From NCBI GenBank assembly GCA_965203455.1, contig CBDBCV010000010.1, positions 99,425 through 163,424 of the forward strand: 64,000 nt of DNA. The letters are read 5' to 3'. This stretch comes from Alphaproteobacteria bacterium. Its GTDB lineage: Bacteria; Pseudomonadota; Alphaproteobacteria; MPNO01. This document shows, piece after piece, positions 18,100-27,702 of the stretch. Position 1 is the stretch's first letter, and the number at the start of each line of letters is the position of its first letter. Position numbers and translations under genes: made by a program. The notes under the pieces are model-generated. The model saw nothing but the letters and a program-made list of their open reading frames with translations. It was not told the origin of the DNA and searched no databases.

Positions 18100-19596
18100 A
18101 TGCCGAAGGACGGAAACCAGCATCGCGAGAGCCTGAGAGACGGGCGCGAGGTCTATCTCGACGGCGTCCGCGTCGGCGACGTGACGGTTCATCCGGCCTA
18201 CCGGAACGCGGTGAACTCGGCCTGCGCGCTCTACGATTTCCAGTGCCGTCCCGAGAATCTCGACCTGATGACGTTCGAATCGCCCACCAGTGGCGAGCGG
18301 GTCAACCGCGCCTGGCAGCTCACCAGGACCTATGAAGAGCTGGTCGAGAGGCGCAAGGCGATCGTCGCCTGGATGCGGCTCTCCGGTGGCTGGCTGGGAC
18401 GGTCCCCCGACCACATCGCGTCCTCGATGGCGGGGCAGGTGATGGGCATCCACCTGTTCCGGCAGCACAGCGAGGCGCGCGCCCAGGCGCTGCTCGACTA
18501 CTACGCCTGGGCCCGGGACAACGACATCTACATGACCTACGTCATCATCAACCCGCAGGCGGACCGGTCGAAGGACACCGGCGAGCAGGGGGACGAGTTC
18601 CTGACCTGCGGCGTGGTCGACGAGGATTCGGAAGGAATCACGGTGCGCGGCGCGAAGATGCTGGGCACCGGCTCGATCATGGCGAACGAGGTGCTGTGCG
18701 CCAACATCCAGCCGCTCAAGCCCGGCGAGGAGAAATACGCCATCTCCTTCGCCGTGCCGATGGCGCAGAAGGGCGTCAAGGTGATGTCCAGGCGCTCCTA
18801 CGAGGGCTCGGTGACGACCGAGTACGACTATCCGCTGTCGACCCATTTCGACGAGAACGACGCGCTGATCTATTTCGACGACGTGAAGGTCCCGTGGGAG
18901 CGGGTCTTCGTCTACCGCGACACCGACATGGCGCGGGCGCAGTTCTCCGACACCTACGCGCACTACATGCAGAACTACCAGGCGCAGACCCGCCTGATGG
19001 TGAAGATGCAGTTTCTCCTTGGCGTCGCGCACAAGATCACCGAGACCATCGGCACCGCGACCATTCCCTCGGTGCGTGAGCAGCTCGGCCACCTCGCCGC
19101 GCAGACCGCAATGGTGAAGGGGCTGGTCTACGGCATGGAGGCGGGCGGCGGCGAATATCACGGCTACTACGTGCCCGACCGCAACCTGATGTACACCTCG
19201 CAGGTGCTGACGCAGGAGCTCTACCCCGACTTCATCACCAAGCTCCGCGAGCTCGCGGGCGGCGCGCTGATCATGCTGCCGTCCTCGGCGAGGGACTTCG
19301 CCAACCCGGCGCTCGCCGACTATATCGAGCGCACGCAGCAATCGCCGGTCATGGATCCGGAGCCCCGGGTGAAGTTCCTGAAGCTCGCCTGGGACGCGAT
19401 CGGCTCGGAGTTCGCCTCGCGCCACGCCCAGTACGAGATGTTCTATGCCGGCGCGCAGTTCGTCACCCGCGGCCACGCCTACCGCACCTACGACTGGCAG
19501 GCGGCGACCGGCCTCGTCGACGAGATCATGGACCGCTACGACCTCGCCGCCTCGATGGGCCCCGCCGCCGGCGGGACGAGCGAGGCGGCGGAGTAG
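18100..19596 (+). CDS. 4-hydroxyphenylacetate 3-hydroxylase family flavin-dependent monooxygenase, oxygenase component
   Basis: SLRDGREVYLDG, GRSPDH, GITVRGAKML, FDENDALIYFDDVKVPWERVF, RHAQYEMFYAG. Confidence 0.9.
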   Translation: MPKDGNQHRESLRDGREVYLDGVRVGDVTVHPAYRNAVNSACALYDFQCRPENLDLMTFESPTSGERVNRAWQLTRTYEELVERRKAIVAWMRLSGGWLGRSPDHIASSMAGQVMGIHLFRQHSEARAQALLDYYAWARDNDIYMTYVIINPQADRSKDTGEQGDEFLTCGVVDEDSEGITVRGAKMLGTGSIMANEVLCANIQPLKPGEEKYAISFAVPMAQKGVKVMSRRSYEGSVTTEYDYPLSTHFDENDALIYFDDVKVPWERVFVYRDTDMARAQFSDTYAHYMQNYQAQTRLMVKMQFLLGVAHKITETIGTATIPSVREQLGHLAAQTAMVKGLVYGMEAGGGEYHGYYVPDRNLMYTSQVLTQELYPDFITKLRELAGGALIMLPSSARDFANPALADYIERTQQSPVMDPEPRVKFLKLAWDAIGSEFASRHAQYEMFYAGAQFVTRGHAYRTYDWQAATGLVDEIMDRYDLAASMGPAAGGTSEAAE

Positions 19597-19645
19597 GTCG
19601 CTCCCGGAGTGCACCGTGAATTCTTGTCCGAAGAAGAATTCGGCA

Positions 19646-20047
19646 TTACCCCGATGATGTAGTCCGGTTCAGAAATGCACGCGGTGAATACACCTCCACC
19701 GATCCGTAGCGCGGCTCCGTGAAATCCCGGATATTGCCAGTGACCAAGACCGCGTCGCCCGCCTGCGCGGTCGCAAGGTAGACTTCATCTTCCGCGTCGC
19801 GGAGGCCGAACGTCACGTTAGCCGGCTCCACGAAGACGGCGACTCGTTCAAGTTCTTCCAATATTGCCAAAAGTGTATCGCGATAGCGGAAATGCGTCGG
19901 CCGTTCGGCGATAGCCCGATATTCGTCGACGATGGGCCGGGAGAGAACGATGTCGCAGTCGCGCACCGTCGCGATGACGACTGCACCGCAGACCCCGCCG
20001 CTGCGAGCCGCGGAAACGAGCACGTTGCAGTCGAGTACAACCCTCAC
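19646..20047 (-). CDS. PIN-domain toxin (VapC-like)
   Basis: VVLDCNVLVSA, RDAEDEVYLATA, LVTGNIRDF; GTG start overlaps the antitoxin stop. Confidence 0.85.
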   Translation of the reverse strand: MRVVLDCNVLVSAARSGGVCGAVVIATVRDCDIVLSRPIVDEYRAIAERPTHFRYRDTLLAILEELERVAVFVEPANVTFGLRDAEDEVYLATAQAGDAVLVTGNIRDFTEPRYGSVEVYSPRAFLNRTTSSG

Positions 20048-20337
20048 GCCGGACGTGCGCGGCGTGCCCTGCGGGCTTCGGCGATGTCAGAGAGAATCTC
20101 TTCCACGATCTCGTCTTCGGAGCGACCGGCATCCTCGGGCCAAGGTTCGATCCGCGCCAGAAGGGACGCAATCCGGTCGGAGGCCGCGTTACGGTCCACC
20201 ACCTCCTTGGGACGAAAGAGGATGCCGTCTTCGACAAGGGTTGCCTCCAGGAGATCGCCCTCATGCAAGTCAAGCCCTTTGCGAAGTTTCGCGGGGATGG
20301 TGACCTGGAACTTCGGCTTCACGGTGACCAACGGCAT
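20044..20337 (-). CDS. AbrB/MazE-family antitoxin
   Basis: VKPKFQVTIPAKLRKGLDLHEGDLL swapped-hairpin signature. Confidence 0.88.
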   Translation of the reverse strand: MPLVTVKPKFQVTIPAKLRKGLDLHEGDLLEATLVEDGILFRPKEVVDRNAASDRIASLLARIEPWPEDAGRSEDEIVEEILSDIAEARRARRARPA

Positions 20338-20525
20338 TGGAGTCTCGTGAGTCTAAGGTTGGAAATTCTTACTTTCTTACCATAGGATATCGGAATTTGG
20401 AATCCGCGACATCGGTGTCAACAGCTGCTCTGGCAACCCCGCGCCGAAACCGCCTATAACCGGCTCTAACGGGGTCCCTCGATTATCGCTCGCCCGTCCG
20501 GGGGGTTGCCGGGCACGGGGGTCCC

Positions 20526-21788
20526 TTGGCCGCAGGACACGCATCCGACATCGAGGCGCGCGCGACCGGCAAGGGCTGGGTCGTCGTCGGCGCGCTGTTC
20601 CTGATGCTCGGCATCGTGATCACCGCGCGCAATTCGCTCGGCCTGCTGATGCCGTTCCTCAAGGACGATCTGGGCTGGAGCTACGGCCTGGTCTCGTCCG
20701 CCGGCGCGGTCATGCTGACCACGATGGCCGTGGTCGCGCCGCTCGCCGGCATGATGCTCGACCGGCACGGACCCCGGCTCGTCTACGCGCTCGGCATGTC
20801 GCTCGCGGCAATCGCCTTCGTCCTCTCGGCGTCGATGTCGGAGCCCTGGCAGCTCGTGCTGTTCTACGGGATCGTCGGCGGCGCGGGCTTCGCCGCGATC
20901 TCGCCCTCGCTGGTCTCCACCACGGTCGCGTCCCATTTCGACCGCGGTCTCGGCCTCGCCACCGGGGCCGCGACGTCGGGCAGCACGGCGGGACAGCTCG
21001 CGCTGATGCCGCTCCTCGCGGTGCTGATCGGAGCGTTCGGCTGGCGGTCGAGCTTGTGGATCGCCGCGGCGGCCATCGTGGTCACCGCCGTCGCGGTCCA
21101 TCTCCTGATCGGGCCGCGCGACGCACCCGGCGGTTTCGACCGCCCGGTCTCCCACCGGGGCCCGGGGCCTGGTTTCCGCGCCGTCCTGTCGGGGCTCGCG
21201 CGGCAAAGGACGTTCTGGCTGCTCGCCGGCGGCTTCGCGATCTGCGGCTTCACGACGGCCGGCGTCATCAAGATCCACCTGATCCCATACGCCGTCGCCT
21301 GCGGTTTCCCGCCGCTGGAGAGCGCCACGGCCTACGGCGTGATGTCCGCCTTCAGCCTCGCTGGGATGATCGCGTTCGGGCACCTGTCAGACCGTTTCCA
21401 CCGCCCGGCGCTGCTCGCGTCGATCTATTTCATGCGGGCGCTGACGTTTCTCGTCCTGTTGCAGATCGCGGGAAGCTCGACGCTCCTCTTCACCTTCGCG
21501 GTTCTGTTCGGCATCTTCGATTACGCCACCTTCCCGATCGTTGCCAGCCTCGTCGCGAGCCATATCGGGCGGCATATCATGGGCTTCACGATGGGACTGA
21601 TCTTCGCCGCGCACTCGCTCGGAGGGGCGGCCGGCACCTTCCTCGGCGGCTATCTGTTCGAGCTCTTCGCGCGTTACGACTGGGTCTGGTTCGTGTCCTT
21701 CGGGCTCGCGCTCCTGGCCGCGGCGCTCACCGTCCTGATCCGCGAGAACCGGGCCGCCCGCCCGGCGCCCGCGCCCGCCAGGGCCTGA
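20526..21788 (+). CDS. MFS transporter
   Basis: About 12 hydrophobic segments; GMMLDRHGPR and GHLSDRFHR loop motifs. Confidence 0.88.
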   Translation: MAAGHASDIEARATGKGWVVVGALFLMLGIVITARNSLGLLMPFLKDDLGWSYGLVSSAGAVMLTTMAVVAPLAGMMLDRHGPRLVYALGMSLAAIAFVLSASMSEPWQLVLFYGIVGGAGFAAISPSLVSTTVASHFDRGLGLATGAATSGSTAGQLALMPLLAVLIGAFGWRSSLWIAAAAIVVTAVAVHLLIGPRDAPGGFDRPVSHRGPGPGFRAVLSGLARQRTFWLLAGGFAICGFTTAGVIKIHLIPYAVACGFPPLESATAYGVMSAFSLAGMIAFGHLSDRFHRPALLASIYFMRALTFLVLLQIAGSSTLLFTFAVLFGIFDYATFPIVASLVASHIGRHIMGFTMGLIFAAHSLGGAAGTFLGGYLFELFARYDWVWFVSFGLALLAAALTVLIRENRAARPAPAPARA

Positions 21789-23111
21789 ATGAACGGCCGG
21801 TCCATCGCCGCCCGGCTGCCGTTCTATTACGGCTGGGTGGTGATCGGCATCGCCTTCGTGACCATGTCGATCGGGGTCAGCGCCCGGACCTCGTTCTCGC
21901 TCTTCTTCCCGCCCATTCTCGACGAGTTCGGCTGGGAGCGCGGCGTGACGGCGGCCGCCTTCTCGATCGGATTCGCGGCGTCGATCATGCTGGTTCCGAC
22001 ACTCGGGTTCGTGATGACGCGCTTCGGCCCGCGCCTGATCATCCCGGCCGGCGCGACGATCACCGCGGCCGGGCTGGTATGCGCGACCCTGGCGACGACG
22101 CCGGTCGGCTTCTATCTTACCCTCGGCATCATGACGGTGAGCTTCGCCGTCTCGATGAGCTATGCCGGTCATTCGATGTTCCTGCCCAACTGGTTCCTGC
22201 GCCGCCGCGGGCTGGCGACGGGAATCGCGTTCTCCGGCGTGGGCTTCGGCGCCATCGTCATCCTGCCGTGGATACAGCGCGTCATCGAAACCGAGGGCTG
22301 GCGCCATGCCTGCATCTCGCTCGCCGTGCTTCTGGTCGCGGTCATCGTCCCGCTCAACGTCATCGCCCAGCGGAAGGAGCCGGCATCCGTCGGGCTCGAG
22401 CCCGACGGGTCCGGCCGGAACGGGGGGGAACGGTCGGGCCGCGCGCTCGACACGGTGGTGGACCGACGCTGGGTCGACACCGACTGGACGCTGGCCCGCG
22501 CGCTGCGGACCGCCCGGTTCTGGTGGGTGACCTTCGGTTTCTTCACCGGTTTGTTCGCCTGGTACGCCGTTCAGGTGCACCAAACCAGGTACCTGCTGGA
22601 TGTCGGGTTCGCGCCCGACTTCGCCGCGCTTGCCCTGGGTCTTGTCGGCTTCTGCGGCATCTTCGGGCAGATCGGGGTCGGCGGGCTGTCCGACCGCGTC
22701 GGCCGGGAGTGGGGCTGGACGATCGCGCTGACCGGCTTCGCGTTGTGCTACGTCCTGCTGCTCGTGCTCCCGACGGTGCCGTCGCCGGCCGTCGTCTATG
22801 CGATCGTCGCCTGCCAGGGCCTGTTCGGTTACGGGCTCGGCGCGCTCTACGGCACCATCGTCGCCGACATCTATTCCGGGCCGCGTTTCGCCGTGGTGTT
22901 CGGCTTCGTCAGCATTGGCGGCAATCTGGGCGCCGGCGCCGGGCCGTGGGTTACCGGGGTGATATTCGACCGCGCCGGCAGCTACGCGCCCGCCTTCACG
23001 CTCTGCGTGGTGCTGGCGCTGGTCTCGATCTTCTGCATCTGGATGGCGGCGCCCCGCGGGGTCCGCCTCGCCGCCGGCGTCGCCGTCAGCCGCGCGCGGC
23101 GGGCGTCCTGA
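21789..23111 (+). CDS. MFS transporter
   Basis: FYYGWVV start, WFLRRRGLATG, GGLSDRVGRE; begins immediately after the upstream stop. Confidence 0.88.
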   Translation: MNGRSIAARLPFYYGWVVIGIAFVTMSIGVSARTSFSLFFPPILDEFGWERGVTAAAFSIGFAASIMLVPTLGFVMTRFGPRLIIPAGATITAAGLVCATLATTPVGFYLTLGIMTVSFAVSMSYAGHSMFLPNWFLRRRGLATGIAFSGVGFGAIVILPWIQRVIETEGWRHACISLAVLLVAVIVPLNVIAQRKEPASVGLEPDGSGRNGGERSGRALDTVVDRRWVDTDWTLARALRTARFWWVTFGFFTGLFAWYAVQVHQTRYLLDVGFAPDFAALALGLVGFCGIFGQIGVGGLSDRVGREWGWTIALTGFALCYVLLLVLPTVPSPAVVYAIVACQGLFGYGLGALYGTIVADIYSGPRFAVVFGFVSIGGNLGAGAGPWVTGVIFDRAGSYAPAFTLCVVLALVSIFCIWMAAPRGVRLAAGVAVSRARRAS

Positions 23112-24186
23112 GCCCCATCCGCTCCAGCCGGGGCAGGACCTCGTCGCGGAAATACGGGAAATGCTTCAGGTAGTTGGGGAAACCCAGCGCGAGCGCGGTC
23201 ACGCCGCCGTCCGACAGCCGGCGCATGGTCTCGGCGACCCGGTCGGGATCGCCGACGATCGGGAACCCGCTGTTGCCCCCGGCCGCGCGCAGGCGGAACA
23301 GTTGCCGGCGCTCCTCCGGGATACCCGGCCGGTCCCAGCCGCGCTCCACCACCATGGTCTCCACGGCCTCGGCATCGCGGTGCTCGACGGCGTAGTAGTG
23401 GTGGTATTCGTCGGCCTCCTGCTGGGTCGGTCGGCAGACGACATAGGCATTGGTGAAAATGCCGACCTCGCGGCCCGCCGCTTTCGCCCCGCTGCGGATT
23501 TCCGCCGCCTGGGCCGGCAATTCGTCGACATTCCAGACGACAGTAAACAGCATGTCGGCATTTCTGAGCGCGAACGCGCGCCCGGTGGGCGACATCGCGG
23601 CGCTCACCAGCATCGGACGGCGCCGGTCGAAGGGCTTGGGCTCCAGCACCGTGGATCTGAGGGTGAAGAAATCGCCGTCGAAATCGAACGGCTCGTCCTC
23701 GGTCCACACCCGGTTGACGATGTCGAGCCATTCCTGGCCGAGGTCGTAGCGGCGGTCGTGGGCGCCGAGATCGACGCCCAGCATGTCGAACTCCTTCTGG
23801 TACCAGCCGCAGACGACGTTGAGCCCGAACCGCCCGCCGCCGATATGGTGGCAGGTGACCATCTGCTTGGCGGCGAAGACCGGGTTGATCAGGGTCACGT
23901 GCAGGGTGCCGAAGGCCATGATCCGCCTGGTGGCGGCGAGGATGCCGGCGGCCCAGGTCAGGGTCTCGAAGTTGGAGCCGTTGTGGTTGGTCTCGCCGCC
24001 GTAGCCGATCCAGCGCCCGAGCGGCAGCATGAAATCCATGCCGGCATCGTCCGCCATGCGCGCCAGCGCGAGGTTGTTCTCCCACGTCGCGTCCCAGCGG
24101 TCCGGGAAGGTCGACGTGGCGAGACCGCCGGAACAGTTGGCGCCGAAAAGGCCGAGGCTGAGCGTGTTGCGGTCGAGGCCGGTCAT
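23086..24186 (-). CDS. Luciferase-like (LLM class) flavin-dependent monooxygenase
   Basis: LGLFGANCSGG, ETLTWAAGILAAT, GRFGLNVVCGW, AAMSPTGRAFA. Convergent 26-nt overlap with the MFS gene. Confidence 0.88.
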   Translation of the reverse strand: MTGLDRNTLSLGLFGANCSGGLATSTFPDRWDATWENNLALARMADDAGMDFMLPLGRWIGYGGETNHNGSNFETLTWAAGILAATRRIMAFGTLHVTLINPVFAAKQMVTCHHIGGGRFGLNVVCGWYQKEFDMLGVDLGAHDRRYDLGQEWLDIVNRVWTEDEPFDFDGDFFTLRSTVLEPKPFDRRRPMLVSAAMSPTGRAFALRNADMLFTVVWNVDELPAQAAEIRSGAKAAGREVGIFTNAYVVCRPTQQEADEYHHYYAVEHRDAEAVETMVVERGWDRPGIPEERRQLFRLRAAGGNSGFPIVGDPDRVAETMRRLSDGGVTALALGFPNYLKHFPYFRDEVLPRLERMGLRTPAARG

Positions 24187-24235
24187 CGCGGCGGGAGAAT
24201 ATGAACTTCGGACCCGGCTGACGAGAGGGCCTCGG

Positions 24236-24264
24236 TTGTCCCGGGGCGGGAAGCGGCGTATATG
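24236..24264 (+). promoter_or_regulatory. Candidate sigma70 promoter of thrC
   Basis: TTGTCC-N17-TATATG. Confidence 0.45.
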
Positions 24265-24291
24265 CCCTCGTCGAAGGGCAGGGGACGGCGG

Positions 24292-25698
24292 GTGAAGTAC
24301 GTCAGTACGCGGGGCGAGGCTCCGCCCATCGATTTCGAGGATGTGCTGCTGAGCGGGCTGGCGCCCGACGGCGGCCTTTACCTGCCCGAAACCTGGCCCC
24401 GTTTCGATGCCGGGACGCTGGCCGGGTTCGCTTCCCTGCCCTATCACGAGGTCGCGGCCCGCGTGATCGCGCCGTTCACCGAGCCCGGGATCGACGAGGC
24501 GACCCTCGCCGAGATCGCCGCCGCGGCCTATGCCGGTTTCGACAGTCCCGTCGTCGCGCCGCTGGTCCAGCTCGACTCGAACGACTGGCTTCTGGAGCTG
24601 TTTCACGGGCCGACGCTGGCCTTCAAGGACTACGCCCTCCAGATCGTGGGCCGCCTGTTCGACCACGTGCTCGCCAAGCGCGGCGAGACGGTGACGATCG
24701 TCGCGGCGACGTCCGGCGATACGGGATCGGCGGCCATCGAAGCGTGCCGCGACCGGGCCGGCATGGAGATCTTCGTATTGCACCCCAGCGGCCGGGTGTC
24801 GGAGGTCCAGCGCCGCCAGATGACGACCGTCGACGCCGCCAACGTCCACAACATCGCCGTGGAGGGAACCTTCGACGATTGCCAGGCGCTGGTTAAGGCG
24901 ATGTTCGGAGACGCCCGGTTCCGCGCCGACTGCCGGCTGACCGCCGTCAACTCGATCAACTGGGCGCGCATCGCCGCGCAGGCGGTCTATTACGTGACCG
25001 CCGGGGTCGCGCTCGGCGCCCCTCACAGGCCCGTCGCCTTTTCGGTGCCCACCGGGAATTTCGGCAACGTGTTCGCGGGCTATGTCGCGCGTTGCATGGG
25101 TCTGACGGTGGACCAGCTGATCGTCGCCACCAACCGCAACGACATACTCGCCCGCTTCGTCGAGACCGGCGCGATGGAGATCGGCGAGGTGGTGCCGACG
25201 ATCAGCCCCAGCATGGACATCCAGGTGTCCAGCAATTTCGAACGCCTGCTCTACGACTATGTGAACCGCGACCCCGCCACGGTGCGCCGGGCGATGGACC
25301 GCTTCCGCCAGTCGGGCCGGATGACCGTCGCGGCGGTGACGATGGCCGGCATTCGCGGCCTGTTCGCGGCCGGCCGGCGGGACGACGACGAAACCCGCCG
25401 GACCGTCGCGGAAGTCTTCGAGCGCTCGGGCGTCACGCTCGATCCCCACACCGCGGTCGGATACGGGGTCGGACAGGCGCTACGGCGCGACCCCGACGTT
25501 CCGCTGATCACGCTCGCGACCGCGCATCCCGCCAAGTTCCCCGATGCGGTGGAGGCCGCCACCGGCACGCGGCCGGACCTGCCGGCCCGTCTCGAGTCGT
25601 TGATGACGGCCCCCGAACGGGTCCGGACCTTCGCCAACGATCCGACGCCCATCAAGGCCTTCGTGCGCGAGAGGATCGGCCTGAGGGGAGCCGTATGA
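24292..25698 (+). CDS. thrC: Threonine synthase
   Basis: KYVSTRG, LAPDGGLY, HGPTLAFKD PLP lysine, ATSGDTG, NSINWAR, VPTGNFGN, ATAHPAKF. Confidence 0.97.
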   Translation: MKYVSTRGEAPPIDFEDVLLSGLAPDGGLYLPETWPRFDAGTLAGFASLPYHEVAARVIAPFTEPGIDEATLAEIAAAAYAGFDSPVVAPLVQLDSNDWLLELFHGPTLAFKDYALQIVGRLFDHVLAKRGETVTIVAATSGDTGSAAIEACRDRAGMEIFVLHPSGRVSEVQRRQMTTVDAANVHNIAVEGTFDDCQALVKAMFGDARFRADCRLTAVNSINWARIAAQAVYYVTAGVALGAPHRPVAFSVPTGNFGNVFAGYVARCMGLTVDQLIVATNRNDILARFVETGAMEIGEVVPTISPSMDIQVSSNFERLLYDYVNRDPATVRRAMDRFRQSGRMTVAAVTMAGIRGLFAAGRRDDDETRRTVAEVFERSGVTLDPHTAVGYGVGQALRRDPDVPLITLATAHPAKFPDAVEAATGTRPDLPARLESLMTAPERVRTFANDPTPIKAFVRERIGLRGAV

Positions 25699-26951
25699 CC
25701 GTCCGTTCGACGACGCTTGCGAGCGGGCTCCGGGTCGTCACCCACCGTATGGCGACGGTGGAGACGGTTTCGCTCGGCGCCTGGATCGATGTCGGCACCC
25801 GGCACGAGCACGCCGAGGTGAACGGAATCGCGCATCTGGTCGAGCACATGGCGTTCAAGGGCACAGACCGGCGCTCGGCCCGCGCCATCGCCGAGGAGAT
25901 CGAGTCGGTCGGCGGACACCTGAACGCCTACACCTCGCGCGAGTTCACCGCCTTTCACGCCACCGTCCTCGCCGGCGACGAGGGGCTTGCCCTCGACATC
26001 GTCGCGGACATCCTGCAGCATGCCGTGCTCGACGCCGAAGAGCTCGAACGGGAACGCGCGGTCATCCTGCGCGAGATCGGCCAGAGCGACGACACCCCGG
26101 AAGACGTCGTGTTCGACCGTTTCCAGGCGACCGCCTTTCCCGACCAGCCCGTCGGCCGCCCGACGCTCGGCACGCCGCAGCTGGTGAGCGCGATCGAACG
26201 CGGCGCCCTGGTGGACTATATCGCCCGCCACTACACGGCCGACCGGATCGTCGTCGCAGCGGCGGGAAAGCTCGACCATGACGATTTCGCCCGCCGCGTG
26301 GAGGACGCGTTCGGATCGACGGAGGGCGCCGCGGGGTTCGCGCCGGAGCCCGCCGTCTACGCCGGCGGGGACAGCCGGGAGGTCCGGACGCAGGAACAGC
26401 TGCATCTGGTCATAGGCCTGGAAGGCATCCCCAACCGCGATCCCGACTATTACGCCCTGGCGGTGTTTTCCGCCGCGCTCGGGGGTGGCCTGTCGTCGCG
26501 CCTGTTCCAGGATATCCGCGAGGAGCGGGGGCTGGTCTATTCGATCTACAGCTTCAATTCGAGCTATGCGGACAGCGGCCTGTTCGGCGTCTACGCCGGC
26601 ACCGGGGCGGACAGCGCATCCGAGGTGGCCGAACGCATCTGCGCCAATCTGACGACGCTGGCGGACGACATGTCGCAGGCGGAGCTGCGGTGCGCGAAGG
26701 CCCAGCTCAAGGCGGGAATCCTGATGTCGCTCGAAAGCACCGCCGCGCGGTCGGAACAGATCGCGCGCCACACGCTGATCTTCGGCCGGGTCCTGCCGAC
26801 GAGCGAAGTAACCGAAGCGGTGGACGCCGTTGACCGGGACGCGGTCGGCCGCATCTCCGGGCGCCTCAGGGCGGGCCGGCCCACGGTCGCGATCCTCGGG
26901 CCCGAGGCCGCGATACCCGGCTACGAAGAGATCGCGGCGGCGCTGGCCTGA
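25695..26951 (+). CDS. M16 family zinc peptidase
   Basis: HLVEH inverted zinc motif, LNAYTSRE, SSRLFQDIREERGLVY; ATGA overlap with thrC. Confidence 0.93.
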   Translation: MTVRSTTLASGLRVVTHRMATVETVSLGAWIDVGTRHEHAEVNGIAHLVEHMAFKGTDRRSARAIAEEIESVGGHLNAYTSREFTAFHATVLAGDEGLALDIVADILQHAVLDAEELERERAVILREIGQSDDTPEDVVFDRFQATAFPDQPVGRPTLGTPQLVSAIERGALVDYIARHYTADRIVVAAAGKLDHDDFARRVEDAFGSTEGAAGFAPEPAVYAGGDSREVRTQEQLHLVIGLEGIPNRDPDYYALAVFSAALGGGLSSRLFQDIREERGLVYSIYSFNSSYADSGLFGVYAGTGADSASEVAERICANLTTLADDMSQAELRCAKAQLKAGILMSLESTAARSEQIARHTLIFGRVLPTSEVTEAVDAVDRDAVGRISGRLRAGRPTVAILGPEAAIPGYEEIAAALA

Positions 26952-26960
26952 CGCCGCGTT

Positions 26961-27536
26961 TCAGGCGCGGCCGGCGGCGCCCGAGAGCATGCCGGCGTCG
27001 ATGCCGAGCTTGGCGATGGCGCGCTCCCAGCGGTCGTCCAGTCCCGTACCGAAGATGAGCGCGTCGTCGGCGGGCACCGACAGCCACCCGTTGCGCTGGA
27101 TTTCGTCGTCGAGCTGACCCGGCCCCCAGCCGGCATAGCCGAGCGCGAGCAGACGGTGCTTCGGCCCCTCTCCGCCGGCGATCGCCTTCAATATGTCGAT
27201 CGTCGCGGTGAGCGCGACGGTGTCGTCGATCACCAGCGTCGCGTCCTGAACATAATCGGCCGAATGCAGGACGAAGCCCCGCCCGGTCTCCACCGGGCCG
27301 CCGAAATGGACGTTGACGCCGTCCGGCGCCTCCGATCCCGCGAGGTTCAACTGGTCGAGGAGGTCGGGGAAGCTGATATTGTCCATCAGCTTGTTGACCA
27401 CCAGCCCCATCGCGCCCTCCGCGGTGTGGGCGCACATGTAGATGACCGACCTGACGAAGCGCGAATCCTCCATCTGGGGCATCGCCACCAGGAGCTGGCC
27501 CGTCAGATAGCCTTGGCTGTCGTCCCCGGTACTCAT
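26961..27536 (-). CDS. YqgE/AlgH family protein
   Basis: [41 protein letters not shown]. Confidence 0.92.
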   Translation of the reverse strand: MSTGDDSQGYLTGQLLVAMPQMEDSRFVRSVIYMCAHTAEGAMGLVVNKLMDNISFPDLLDQLNLAGSEAPDGVNVHFGGPVETGRGFVLHSADYVQDATLVIDDTVALTATIDILKAIAGGEGPKHRLLALGYAGWGPGQLDDEIQRNGWLSVPADDALIFGTGLDDRWERAIAKLGIDAGMLSGAAGRA

Positions 27537-27702
27537 GCCATGTCCTCCCGGCAGGGCGAAACCGGTTCGAAATAACGCGGCGCGCACGACGATTTGAATT
27601 CCCGGCGCGCATCGCCGACCTATATACCCGGTACGCTGACCGCAACGGCCCTCGTTCGAAGTATAGCCCAGGATCGGCAAGAGCGATATTGGTGCAACCG
27701 AC

